Positions 50,274 to 62,275 of a DNA stretch of 64,000 nt are shown piece after piece. Made by a program: the position numbers and the translations under genes. The stretch is from Squalus acanthias (Eukaryota): assembly GCA_030390025.1 (NCBI GenBank), contig CM059433.1:11842001-11906000 (forward strand), in the 5' to 3' direction. Within the stretch, counting starts at the first letter, position 1, and each line of letters starts with the position of its first letter. Below the pieces are notes generated by a model. The model had not been told where the DNA came from and searched no databases. It worked only from the letters and a program-made list of their open reading frames with translations.

Positions 50274-51151
50274 GAAGACAACAGCCCATACCTTGCAGGG
50301 CTATGGGGAAAGAGCGGGAGAGTGGGACTAACTGGATAGTTCAATCGTTGATCAAAGAGCCAACACTGGCACGATGGGCCGAGTGGCCTCCTTCTGTGCT
50401 GTATAATCTATGATTCATAACATAAGAGAGCTAGGACAAGAGGCAGACCCCAAACCCCAATCCTCCCATTCCCTTTGAGGAGAGAGATCATAGAGAGTAT
50501 TGGCGACAGTGAAGTAGGAGGGCATATCCCAGTGCCAGGTCAGTAATGAACTTCTACATCTCTTCTTTTACCACTGTACTTCACATTTCAAATCAACAAA
50601 CTATATCAAGAAATCTTCGTTACCATTCCTTCTACTTCATGGCATATGAACTCTGCTCATCACCAACCCCTTCTAATCTCTCTTCCACCTCTAGATGTGC
50701 CCACAAAAGAAGACCCGCTGTATTCAGCCCTGTCAGCACTTCACTCCACTGTCAGCCCTGTTTGTCCTTGGCGTACAGTATTGCTATGGCAGCAGAGTAG
50801 GGGATTTAAAATTTAAAGTCTGCAGAGCAATCAATTTGGCACAATTTGTAAGCGTTTTAATTATTTTTAATCTTCAACCAGTCGCACGGTGGCTGCCGGC
50901 AATGCTATGCCCTCTGCAGGCTGGGGTCAGGCGCATATTTTAGTTGTGAGCAATTAATAGTCTCGTTCTACTTTAGTTCGTGAATGAGTTAAGAACTTTG
51001 CACTTTATTTCCATTTCAGGGCTTTATTTTCTCAGCACTGTCTATTCAATATAATTATTTTTTTATGAACGTTAGATACTCGAGAGATCAGTTTGGGAGA
51101 TTGGTTTGACACATTTTCGGGGTGGATTGAGGATGGGGTTAGTACTTGCAG

Positions 51152-51293
51152 GAACCGTTCTGACGAAAGGTCTTCGACCTGAAACGTTAACTCTGTTCCT
51201 CTCTCCACGGATGCTGCCTGGCCTGCTGAGTTTTTCCCAGCGTTTTCTGTTGTTATTTCGGATTTCCAGCATCCGCAGTATTTTGCTATCGTA
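51152..51293 (+). mobile_element. Solo Penelope terminal repeat (family B) beginning at an intact hammerhead motif
   Basis: gtt-CTGACGA-a-aggtc(ttc)gacct-GAAA-cg-tt-aac; 13-bp TSD ttagtacttgcag (51139-51151, 51294-51306). Confidence 0.88.
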
Positions 51294-52220
51294 TTAGTAC
51301 TTGCAGATACTGGGAACACTAATGCGTATGTAGAAGAAATCCTGCCAGGACAAGATGAATTGCAAAGTTCTGCAATCCAGGACAGAATTAAGGCACAATT
51401 CCAGCGGAAGGAACCGTAAACCGGAATGGAACCCAGATCCTCTGGGTTTCCACCTGTTTAAAGTCACCCCACAATTGCGCCGCAGTGGACTTCTTTTGCC
51501 CATTCCTGTTACGCTAAAGAACAACTTTGAAGAGCGTCTGGGGGGGCCATTCCTTGGCTCCCCTGGAAATTCCACCCAAAGCGCCCTATGGGTCCAGCAG
51601 GATCTACGTCTCACGGGACCATTTCTGGGCAATAAGAAGGCCTCACCCAAGTTGACAAGAGGGGTAATTGATAAACTAAGTTGCCCCCTCCATTTTCCTA
51701 ATGGAAATTTTTTTAAGCCCATGTTTCTTTGGGTCAGATTCTGACCTCAGATGGCCTTTTTCAGAGGGGTAGCGTGCCCCTCCACCTTCTGCCCCCTCGG
51801 TGGTGTGGACAGCTCTGTTGCATCACGACAGGTGAACTAAAGATTTGGGACAGAGGTCAGAAACACGCCATGCTACACTTCTGCCACCTCAAAAGGATCT
51901 GCAGAATTTCGACCCTCATGTGTTTTCCTGCCGTTACTCCTTCCCATTGCTTCGCTGAAGACTGCACTGAAATTGAACTGAACTGCGAGAAGGTCCCTGG
52001 CTGTTCACTTGGACTCAGAAATTGTATTATGATTGACAGCTGATGTGTAGAATCAATAAAGCCACACAGTCAAGGGCACATTTAATTCGTTCTGACACCT
52101 TAAAGACACTTTGATATTGGTGTCGATAGCAAAATACTGCGGATGCTGGAAATCCAAAATAACAACAGAAAACACTGGAAAAACTCAGCCGGCCAGGCAG
52201 CATCCGTGGAGAGAGAAACA

Positions 52221-52258
52221 GAGTTAACGTTTCAGGTCGAAGACCTTTCGTCAGAACT
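52221..52258 (-). ncRNA. Minimal type I hammerhead ribozyme motif (family B, intact)
   Basis: Minus strand agtt-CTGACGA-a-aggtc(ttc)gacct-GAAA-cg-tt-aact; palindromic helix III ACGT, GUU triplet. Confidence 0.8.
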
Positions 52259-53155
52259 GGAAAAAAGCAGGAAATGAAATAGATTTAAAGCAAGGATAAA
52301 GCTGGGAAAAGGGGGAGGGGATGAAAGAACAAAAGGAGAGATTAAGAGACATTAAGAGATAATCAAGGCAAGAGGAGGTGTTGATGTGACAGGTTGAGGC
52401 TAAATGAAGTGTGAAATGCACTGGCAGAATGAAGGACAGCTGCCAGCTTCTGGGAGGGAAAAAAAAGGGGGGCCAAACAAAAGGGTGGATGAAAAAATAA
52501 AATATAAATGTGATTGGGGCTGAGGTTATGATCTAAAACTGTTGAACTCGATATTGAGTCCAGAGGGCTGTAGGGTGCCTAAACGAAAGATGAGGTGCTG
52601 TTCCTCGAGCTTACGCTGAGCTTCCGTGGAACAGTGTAATAGGCCGAGGATGGTGAGGTCAGAGTGGGAGTGGAGCGGAGCGGAGAATTAAAGTGACAGG
52701 CCACCGGGAGCTCGGGGTCCCCCTTACGGACTGAACGGAGGTGTTCCGCAAAGCGGTCACCCAATCTGCATTTGGTCTCCCCAATGTAGAGGAGACCGCA
52801 TCGTGAGCAGCGAATACAGTATACTAAATTGCAGGAAGTACAAGTAAATCACTGTTTCACCTGGAAGGGGTGTTTGGGGCCCTGGACAGTGGGAAGAGGG
52901 GGGGTATAAGGGCATGTGTTGCATCTCCTGCGCTTGCACAGGAAGGTGCCGGGCGAAGGGGAAGGGGTGCTGGGGGTGGTAGAGGAGTGGACTAGGGTGT
53001 CGCGGAGGGAGCGGTCCCTGCGGAATGCTGAAAGGGGAGGTGAGGGGAAGATGCGTTTGGTGGTGGGATCACGCTGGAGGTGGCGGAAATGGCGGAGGAT
53101 GATCCGTTGAATGTGGAGGCTGGTGGGGTGAAAGGTGAGGACAAGGGGAACTCTA

Positions 53156-54412
53156 TCATGGTTCCGGGAGGGGCAGGGGTGAGGGCAGAAGTGCGGGAGA
53201 TAGAATGGACACGGTCGAGGGAAGGGAAGAGTCGGAGATGGACCATGTGAAGGTGAGGGAAGGGTGGAAATTGGAAGCATAGTGAATGAAATGTTCTAGT
53301 TCAGGGCGAGAGCAGGAGACGGCACCGATACAGTCATCAATGTACCGGAAAAAGAGGTGAGCGAGGGGACCCAAGTAGGACTGGAACAAAGAGTGTTCCA
53401 CATATCCCACGAAAAGGCAGGCATAGCTAGGACCCATGCAGGTACCCATAGCAAGACCTTTGATTTGGAGGAAATGGGTGGAGTCAAAGGAGAAGTTGTT
53501 CAATATGAGAACAAGTTCAGCCAGGCGGAGGAGGGTGGTGGTGGATGGGGACTGGTTGGGCCTCTGTTCAAGGAAGAAGCGGAGCGCCCTCAGGCCATCC
53601 TGGTGGGGAATGGAGGTGTAGAGGGATTGTACGTCCATAGTGAAAAGGAGGCGGTTGGGGCCGGGAAACTGGAAACTGTTAAAGTGGCGGAGGGCGGAGG
53701 AAGAGTTGCGGATGTAGGTGGGAAGAGACTGGACAAGGGGAGAAAAAATAGAGTCGAGATAGGAAGAGATAAGTTCCGTGGGGCAAGAACAGGCTGAAAC
53801 GATGGGTCTACCGAGGCAGTCCTGTTTGTGGATCTTGGGAAGGAGGTAGAAGCGGGCTGTGCGGGGTTGGGGAACTATGAGGTTGGCGGCCGTGGAGGGA
53901 AGGTCTCCAGAGGAGATGAGGTCAGTGACGGTCTTGGAAATGGTGGCTTGATGTTCGGTAGTGGGGTCATGGTCCAGGTGGAGGTAGGAGGAGGTGTCAG
54001 AGAGTTGGCGTTCAGCTTCTGCTAGGTAGAGGTCGGTACGCCAAACAACAACAGCACCACCCTTGTCAGCAGGTTTAATGACAATGTCGGGGTTGGATCT
54101 GAGGGAATAGAGTGCTGCAAGTTCAGAGGGAGATAGGTTGGAGTGAGAGAGGGGAGCAGAGAAATTGAGACGGCCGATGTCTCGCCGGCAGTTAGCAATG
54201 AAAAGATCTAGAGAGGGTAAGAGGCCAGAGGGAGGGGTCCAGGTAGAACGGGAATTCTGAAAGCGGGAGAAAGGGTCAGCCGTGCGGGGGGAAGACTCCT
54301 GGCCAAAGAAGTGGGCACGGAGGCGAAGGCGGCGGAAAAAGAGCTCAGCATCGTGCCGAGCTCGAAATTCATTGAGGTGATGAAGCTCAGGCCTTTGCTG
54401 AGGACTGATCAT
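53156..54412 (-). pseudogene. Penelope reverse transcriptase ORF fragment
   Basis: IKPADKGGAVVV, FYLLPKIHK, RPIVS, FTMDVQSLYTSIPH, QIKGLAMG, FFRYIDD; apparent deletion and frameshift near 53220. Confidence 0.93.
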
Positions 54413-55756
54413 TCGGGGTCAGAAAGGGGAAGGTCAGAAGGGATAGTGAAAACGCGGCAAGGGGTGAGATTGGGAGAAGTGGGGTCAGAGGAAAGTGAAG
54501 GGGAAGAAGGTTCGGGAGGGACGTTGGTGTTCAAGAGTTGATGAAGCTTGCGATCCTTGCGATATTGGTGTCAGTGGAGTGTTCGCATTACCAGTTTGTG
54601 GGTCTTGCACAGCTGACTGCAAACCAAATCTCAGGTCTTGCTAAAAGCAGCAGCCCAGAAAACCGACTAAAATGAATTGTTTATTACTAATTTGCACTGA
54701 ATAACTAACATTGCAAACAACAAAAAAATTTGAACTTGGCAAAAATTAGATTTTGATTTTGTATTCATACCAGGGCAGCCATGTTGCAGGCAAGCACACC
54801 ATAGGAGATAGCATTGGGATACTCTAAAGAAACGCAGGCTCCTGCAATGTGCGATTGAGTTGGTGCAGTGTCAGTCCAAACATCACACCAGCACCGCTAA
54901 AAGCACTCCACCTATTGGTCCCACTGTTCAGCAGTCTGTGTCCGAAACACTGCAATGAATTTCAGATGGTGCAAAATGAATACTAAGACCACCAATGAAG
55001 TTGTCAGATTTGTACAAATGGCTGTGCCAAATTCTGTCCATCTGGAGATCACTGATGATAATGAAACGCAAGCTATAACCTGCTGGGAGTTTACTGCACT
55101 CGTATGTCATCTTAACTTTTATCGGTCTCTGACCAGTCTCAAGCAGGTTTATAATGGATTGAATCAGCTAGTGACGTTGTATCCTTGTGCATAGATATTA
55201 ATTTTTCATATATATATATCCATTATTTATACCATGTCTAGTCATGCATTCACCTCCATTAAGGAACTCAACATCTGTGATTAATTACTTTTCTGTCCCA
55301 ATTGTCTCTTTGCGTTACTCTGTTTCATGAGTTGTCATTTGTCAGGGTTGAATATTTCACTTTGATTTCTAAGAGCATGTCAGTAGATTACTGAGTGCAA
55401 GTGTGATATATCTCTCAATCTCTTAAATGTCCTAGTGTGGAGAACAATGACCAAGTGTGTAATGCGCGTCTTTCGCGACTCACAGTGTGAAATAAAGCTG
55501 GAGCTCACTCTCAAGTGATGACAGCAAGAATGAATGAAACAGTGAGCAATGCTCTTGTTTTAGTTTCTAATTAAACTGATAAGGATTTAAATCTTAAATC
55601 ATCATCTGGAAAACAATTTGAAGGGGGAAAAAAAAGGATTAAAAAAAATCAGTTGAAAGACAAAATATAAAACATTGACAAGGAATTCCACAGAGCAGTG
55701 TGGGAAGGTGAAACTGAAATTCCCACTAGGACTGTAGAACGATGCTTGAAACATAT

Positions 55757-56290
55757 GGCCTTTCCCAGACTGTCACTGACCTCATCTCCTCTGGGGATCC
55801 TCCCTCCGCGGCCTCCAACCTCACAGTCCCCCAACCCCGCACAGCTCACTTCTACCTCTTTCCCAAGATCCACAAACAGGACTGCCCTGGTAGACTCATT
55901 GTTTCAGCCTGTTCTTTCATGGAATTTATTTCTTCCTATCTCGACTATTTTTTCTCCCCTTGTCCAGTCTCTCCCCTACCTACTCTTCTGACGCCCTCTG
56001 CCACTTTAACAGTTTCCTGTTTCCTGGCCATAACCGTCTCCTTTTCTCCATGGATGTCCAGTCCCTCTATACCTCTACAAGTCCGTCCCCCACCAAGACG
56101 GCCTGAGGGCGCTCCGCTTCTTCCTTGAACAGAGGCCCAACCAGTCCCCATCCACCACCACCCTCCTCCAGCTGGCTGAACTTGTTCTTACATTGAACAA
56201 CTTCCCCTTGACTACACTCACTTCCTCCAAATAAAAGGTGTTGCTATGGGAACCCGTATGGGTTCTCGCTATGCCTGGCATTTCCTGGGT
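55757..56290 (+). mobile_element. Penelope RT internal fragment
   Basis: TVTDLISSGD...FYLFPKIHKQDCPGR; reverse-complement homolog of ~53420-53940. Confidence 0.85.
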
Positions 56291-57600
56291 AAGTTTTTTC
56301 ATAAAGGCCGAAGAGTGTAGGAAGAAAAGGAAGCTGAGAAAGGTACGACGTTCCATACATTTGAGGTTTTGGAAAGAACGAGTTAGAGTAGATGGCACAA
56401 TGGGGATAACGTTCCAAATGTGCGCTGCCAATGAGAGAATGAGGTTTCCCGCCAACAGCACATATTCAGTGGTCCCATATTGGCCCCACTGATTCTAGAT
56501 TTCAATACCGTGAGGATGTAGGTAACACTTAGGAGCTCGTTTACATAACTGATAAAACTTATGGTCTAGTTATTAACACAAAAACTGCAGTATAGCTGGA
56601 AAGTGAAGTCACATCACCTGGGCTTCAGACCAGCTGATGCATCTACACCATAATAGTTGCCTTAATTGTGCTTAAGCTGATTAGTACTATTCAATTAACG
56701 TTATGCTTAATATTACATTAATGTGGTGGAGCAGAGTTAGTTCCGATAAATTGTAAATTCCCACCAGCAGTAGTATACTGTATTCACTGCTAATACTGCC
56801 TCACACGGAATAACCAAGCGACAGAATATTAATCTGACATTAACATAATCAATATTCATCCATTTCCTTTTTTTAAAGAAGTTAATCAACACAGAATGAA
56901 TTACTCTTGGTTAAGTCGATGATACATGCTTACAATGTGGGAAAACATTTCTTATATGCACATTATCAATGAGTTTTCACATTTGAAACTTCAATTATCT
57001 CCCACCCACTCTGTTTTTTCTCCATTGAGAATAACCCTAATTCGATCAATGGATTCTGATTACAGAGTTCTGAGCCCTGGAAACCTTTTTATTTGATCTC
57101 TTATGAGTTTCACATTTCCTATATCAAGGTGCATGGCTTTAAAATTCTGCACATTAAATTCCATCTGTGATTTCTTATTCGAGCCACTTAATATCTCCAG
57201 ATTTTTTTTTCACCTTATCAATCTTTCCTGCACTGGGGATAATGACCATACTGCGAGTATCCTCCTCCAAATACAAGTATTCCAAACAACAGAGGCCCAC
57301 AGCAGATTCCTACAGAAAAGACAGAAGGGTATGTTTATGTCTTCAGCACTCCTGGTGCAGAATTTCATTGGACCAGGAGCTGTGTCAGGAGCGCATATCA
57401 GGAATTTGGGTGCATGTCCAATTTGCAAGCCTATGATTTTCCATCCATTAAAATGGACAAACTTACCACTTATGTAAAATGTCAATTTATCTGTTCTCTC
57501 CACAGATGCTGACAAATCTGCTGTGTGGTTACAGCATTTTCTGTTTCTGTTTTTGATTTCCAGCATATGCAGTATTTTACTCATCACCTTCTGGTTTCTA

Positions 57601-58070
57601 GTGTCAGCCGTGGCTCAGTGGGTAGCACACTTGCCTTTGAGTCAGAGATCTGGTTGTGGGTTCAAGTCCCACTCCAGGGACTTGAGCACATAAAGCTAGG
57701 CTGACACTCCCAGTGCAATGCTGAGGGAGTGCTGCACTGTCGGAGGTGCCGTCTTTCGGATGAGACGTTAAACCGAGGCCCCGTCTGCCCTCTCAGGTGG
57801 ACGTAAAAGATCCCGCGGCACTATTTCGAAAAAGAGCAGGGGGGTTATCCCTGGGGCCAATATTTATATCTCAACCAACATAAGAAAAACAAATTATCTG
57901 GTCGTTATCACATTGCTGTTTGTGGGAGCTTGCTTTGTGCAAATTGGCTGCCGTGTTTCCCACATTACAACAGTGACTACACTTCAAAAGTACTTCATTG
58001 GCTGTAAAGCGCTTTGAGACGTCCGGTGGTCGTGAAAGGCGCTATATAAATGCAACTCTTTCTTTTCTTT
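57601..58070 (+). mobile_element. Full-length DeuSINE (SacSINE1-like)
   Basis: A box tggctcagtgg, B box ggttcaagtcc, Deu core, tail. Confidence 0.9.
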
Positions 58071-58592
58071 TTCTTGCTATAGCCTCGCCAGTTTTCAACG
58101 CAGCAAGCTAATTTGCTGTTAAATCCAAGGTTCACTACCTTCTTTAATTGTCTGAAATAAAGAACCTGATCAAATGTTTCCTGAGAGTGCCTGTATATTA
58201 CACCCATTGGCTAGCTCCCCGCCTCTAATTTTAGTTACCTCCTCAAAGAATTCCAGTAGATTAGTGAGGCATGACCTATTGCTTAAAAATCCATGCTGAT
58301 TGCCACTTATGGTTTCTATGCTCTTTACATGAACACTAAAATGTCACGTAAATGCAAAAGCACTTTTTCCACAATGGATGTTTGTTCGGCTAATTCAGTT
58401 GTTATGCTTTACAATTCCGTATTTAAAATCTACGCTCAAGGTTATTTCAGTATCCCTGGTATGGGAATTTCCATAATCCTACATTATCTAATATTGATAT
58501 TACGCCATTATAAAATACCGAAAAACACGAATGTATGGATTTTCATTCAATTTTTGTCTGGCCCAAATAACCAAAGATGACTAGGTAAGGAA

Positions 58593-58738
58593 GCCATGAT
58601 GTGGAGATGCCGGTGTTGGACTGGGGTGGACAAATGTGAGAAGTCGCACAACACCAGGTTATAGTCCAACAGCTTTATTAAAAATCACTTCAAATAAAGC
58701 TGTTGGACTATAACCTGGTGTTGTGCGACTTCTCACAA
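58593..58738. mobile_element. Short palindromic Penelope terminal-repeat insertion (family A, hammerhead part absent)
   Basis: Inverted arms gtgagaagtcgcacaacaccaggttatagtccaacagctttatt; 11-bp TSD taggtaaggaa. Confidence 0.85.
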
Positions 58739-59430
58739 TAGGTAAGGAAAGATATGTTGGTCTTGGCTGAAAATTCTTAAAGAGCTTGGCATCCTCCCAA
58801 TTCTCCTGGTTAGGACCTTATTTTAACTGTAGCACGTGGACTTTAATGTTCATTCAAAACACAATGACCAGCATATATACAAATGAGTAATCTACATTCC
58901 TTTTTTATGTTAAAATGCCACTAAATTCTTAAAGGAAATCTCTATCCAGGCTCCACTGACAACGCATAGAATAACTAAAATTCTGTGCACTTATTCCCCG
59001 CCTATCACTGAAGGAACCCAAATACAAATATAAACTTACTTCACTTAAAATAAAAATTTAAACGTCTGCATTATTAACCACAGCACACCCTCACTCACTG
59101 AATAATTCCTGAACCTGCCATTTTAAGAGACTTTTTTTTCACCCTGGAGACAAACCTGATATTTTTCCCATAAACAAAGACCGCATCTGTTTCTTCAGCA
59201 AGCCTGAAACACAATCAGTGGAACACAACCCTCAGTTTTTATTTTGTAAGATGAATCAGACACTGACTGACTTACCCTAGCTGCACAGCATGGAAAAAGT
59301 AAAACTGATATATCTTGTTTTTTTTACCTTTTCCATTTTTCCTCCCCTCTCTTGGAGGTGGTGGCTCAGGCTCACTCCTGAGGAAGCAGCAATGAGACCG
59401 AGAATGTGAGAGGTTGTGAAAACAGTAAGG

Positions 59431-59938
59431 ACATAGAAACATAGAAGATAGGAGCAGGAGTAGGCCATTCGGCCCCTCGAGCCTGCTCCGCCATTCGATG
59501 AGATCATGGCTGATCATCTAAACTCAGTACCCTGTACCTGCCTTCTCCCCATATCCCTTGATACCTTTACCTTTAAGAAATATATCTAACTCATTCTTCA
59601 ATATATTTAATGACTTGGCCTCAACTACCTTCTGTGGTAGAGAATTCCACAGGTTCACCACTCTCTGGGTGAAGAAATTCTTCCTCATTTCTGTCCTAAA
59701 TGGCTTACCCGTTATCCTTAGATTATGACCCCTGGTTCTGGACTCTCCGACCATCGGGAACATTCTTCCTGCATCTAGTTTGTCCAGACCTGTCAGAATT
59801 TTATATGTTTCGATGGGTAGGATTGATTGGGGAATGTCACTCAAGGGGTTGACGGTGGATAGGCAATGGCAAACATTCAAAGACTGCATGGATAAACTAC
59901 AGAATTTGTTCATCACAGTGTGGCATAAGAATAAAACA
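59431..59938 (-). mobile_element. CR1 3' end (minus) joined to an inverted upstream ORF2 piece (~59814-59938, plus)
   Basis: Minus: IETYKILTGLDKLDAGRMFP...; plus: DWGMSLKGLTVDRQWQTFKD, homologous to 47440-47550 (DWETTLKGMTVDKQWLAFKE). Confidence 0.82.
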
Positions 59939-59982
59939 TTCAGTCCATCAAGCCTGCCCAACGGGTAATTTTTTTCTCAGAT

Positions 59983-60296
59983 AAAGACCTGCATTTATGT
60001 AGCACCTTTCACGACCTCAGGACGTCCCAAAGCGCTTTACAGCCTATGAAGTACTTTTGGAGTGTTGTCACTGTTCTTATGTGGGAAACGCGGCAGCCAA
60101 TTCACACACAGCAAGTCCCACAAACAGCAATGTGATAATGACCAGATAATCTGTTTTAGGTGTTGGTTGAGAGATAAATATTGGCCAGAATTTCCCTGCT
60201 TTTCTTCAAATAGTGCCATGGGATCTTTTACGTCCACCTGAGAGGGCAGACGGGGCCTCGGTTTAACGTCTCATCCGAAAGACGGCACCTCCGACA
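59983..60296 (-). mobile_element. DeuSINE, 5'-truncated
   Basis: Reverse complement of the Deu core and tail. Confidence 0.85.
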
Positions 60297-60708
60297 TTAA
60301 TAAATAAAAAACATTGATTGCGAATCAATTTACCCCTCCACTGTGTTTCCTCTTGTCTTCAATCATACTATCAAAACAAATTTCAGAAATTACTCCGTTT
60401 GATACTAACACAGAAGGCACTCACACATTTAAAATGCAGTCTTTAATAGGTGATTTTTTTTTTAAAAGCACAATCAATTTTTGAACCGAGGCTTTTTGTT
60501 TCTTTTTTCCGATTTTTAAAATTATATTTGATTTCGCTCTCTGATCAGAATAATATTGGGCAGACATTTAAAGAGAGGAAACTAACCCAAACAGTAAAGA
60601 GATGGTTACACCACTGAAAGTAACCTATTACTGTCTGCAAAGAATAAAGGCTACACCATTTTACAGGTAAGAAATAAGCTAAAAGTAGACTAGATATTAC
60701 AGCTGTTT

Positions 60709-60838
60709 GTTATTTCACAAACGCACTCGTACCACGTTTCTTTCTCTGATATTTTAATAGAGCCGTTAACCCATAGCATCTCCATTAAAATAGCAGAGGT
60801 GCATTTGGTACAAGTGCATTAAACGTCTGTACAATAAC
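60709..60838. repeat. Imperfect palindrome (old MITE-like hairpin)
   Basis: Three paired blocks: gttatttcacaaacg/cgtctgtacaataac, gcactcgtacca/tggtacaagtgc, ctctgatattttaatagag/ctccattaaaatagcagag. Confidence 0.72.
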
Positions 60839-61408
60839 GCCACTGGCAGTAACTCCTAGCCTACAACCTGGCAAATGCATATATTCAATGTATCGTCATT
60901 TAAATTCAGTGATTGTCACCACATATTACTTAAAAGTGAGAAGTAGGCTCCAAAAACCTGAAGGCATCCCACTCAATGCCTAAGTCAGGCAAAAGTGCGG
61001 AGCAAGGCCTGTGATTTTGAATAAGACTCGAACGCGCCAAATCCCGGCATTTTCTGCCTCCTCGGTGGGGGGGGGCCGTTTGAGTCAGAACCTCCCGCCA
61101 ACCCCACGTCAAAGGGGATGAGGTGGAGGAGGGGGGCCTCCCAGGGTAGGAGTTCCCCTCAGGCGCAGCAGGGTGAAAGGAGGGCATACCATCCTGCTGG
61201 CAGGTGGAAAGTGAGAATCCCGAGGAATTCTGGCAGTGTTTGGGTCTGATCAGCTCTATTTGCAAGAGGACAATGGGCCCTTTCAAAATCGAATTTATAG
61301 GCAGGGCCGCTGCAGACCAAACAAGCAGTGGGGGCCTCTGCCACTTCTCCCGCCCTTGGTGGTACGGTAGGTGCCCAGAGTGGGGTAGATGCCTCCTGGT
61401 TTTATTTA

Positions 61409-61628
61409 TGATGCGGAGATGCCGGTGTTGGACTGGGGTGGACAAAAATGAGAAGTCGCACAACACCAGGTTATAGTCCAACAGATTTATTTAAAATTAC
61501 AAGCTTTTGGAGCTGTTGCCCCTTCGTCCCATTGTAACTCTACCTGACGAAGGGGCAACAGCTCCGAAAGCTCGTAATTTTAAATAAATCTGTTGGACTA
61601 TAACCTGGTGTTGTGCGACTTCTCATTT
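61409..61628. mobile_element. Palindromic Penelope terminal-repeat insertion (family A variant) with hammerhead motif at 61541-61576
   Basis: 12-bp TSD tggttttattta (61397-61408, 61629-61640); tac-CTGACGA-a-ggggc(aaca)gctcc-GAAA-gc-tc-gta. Confidence 0.88.
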
Positions 61629-62039
61629 TGGTTTTATTTAGATGAGGGAACCTCCCCCGATCCCAAATCATTCAGCTGAGGCAGGAGCAGAGGTTGATAT
61701 CAGGATTTACATGGATATTTGGACCCTTAATTTACAAGTTATAGAATCACAAAATCAGACCTGCTAATGACTTCACAGAAGGTCAGTACCTCTGCAGCCC
61801 TTGCAGTAGTAAAAGCTACATGCTTGCATGATTGGTATATAAAATGGGAGAAGTTTTCCCTCACAACTTTCATAATTTTAGCCTTCTAGCTTCCTCACAG
61901 GAGGCCAATCATTTTTGTAGTGTCAATGACATAAGACAAATTGGAAGAAAGAAAAGTTGGCAGACGAGGACAAGTCGATTTCTAACAGAGCTGATGTTGC
62001 AACTGAGAAGAATTTGCAATGCATTTACAGAGATTCTTT

Positions 62040-62183
62040 TCACAGGTTTACGGAGGGCAGAGTGCGCGGGTATCCCATAAGCCGCATCCGACTGATCCCA
62101 CCGTCTGGCTTCATCGTCAGCCGCACGTGAGTTGCAACATCTTTCGCTTCGATGGAGAAGAAGTGTTGCTGGTGTGGTTTCAG
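62040..62183 (-). CDS. ALLC: Allantoicase, last coding exon
   Basis: cttttttctttcaatcttag|CTG AAA CCA...; translation LKPHQQHFFSIEAKDVATHVRLTMKPDGGISRMRLMGYPRTLPSVNL* carries the allantoicase repeat motif THVRL...PDGGISR.RL.G; not in the ORF track. Confidence 0.92.
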   Translation of the reverse strand: MKPHQQHFFSIEAKDVATHVRLTMKPDGGISRMRLMGYPRTLPSVNL

Positions 62184-62275
62184 CTAAGATTGAAAGAAAA
62201 AAGACCAAGTCATTATTACAGACTGAAAATGATGGGAAGGAGCATTGTCTTCAAGCAAAACTGTTTAGAAAACTT

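Larger units (their letters stand above)
52125..54560 (-). mobile_element. Penelope-like retroelement (RT + GIY-YIG), 5'-truncated, family B
   Basis: 12-bp TSD gatattggtgtc (52113-52124, 54561-54572); CSRCGLLYIGETKCRLGDRFAEH endonuclease motif; 3' terminal repeat. Confidence 0.95.

Noticed and set aside
62040-62051. Peroxisomal PTS1 at the ALLC C-terminus
   Set aside because: Ends in VNL, which does not fit the [SAC][KRH][LM] consensus.
61909-62208. 99-aa minus-strand ORF in the track
   Set aside because: Wrong frame; the overlapping frame bounded by the splice acceptor encodes the allantoicase motif.
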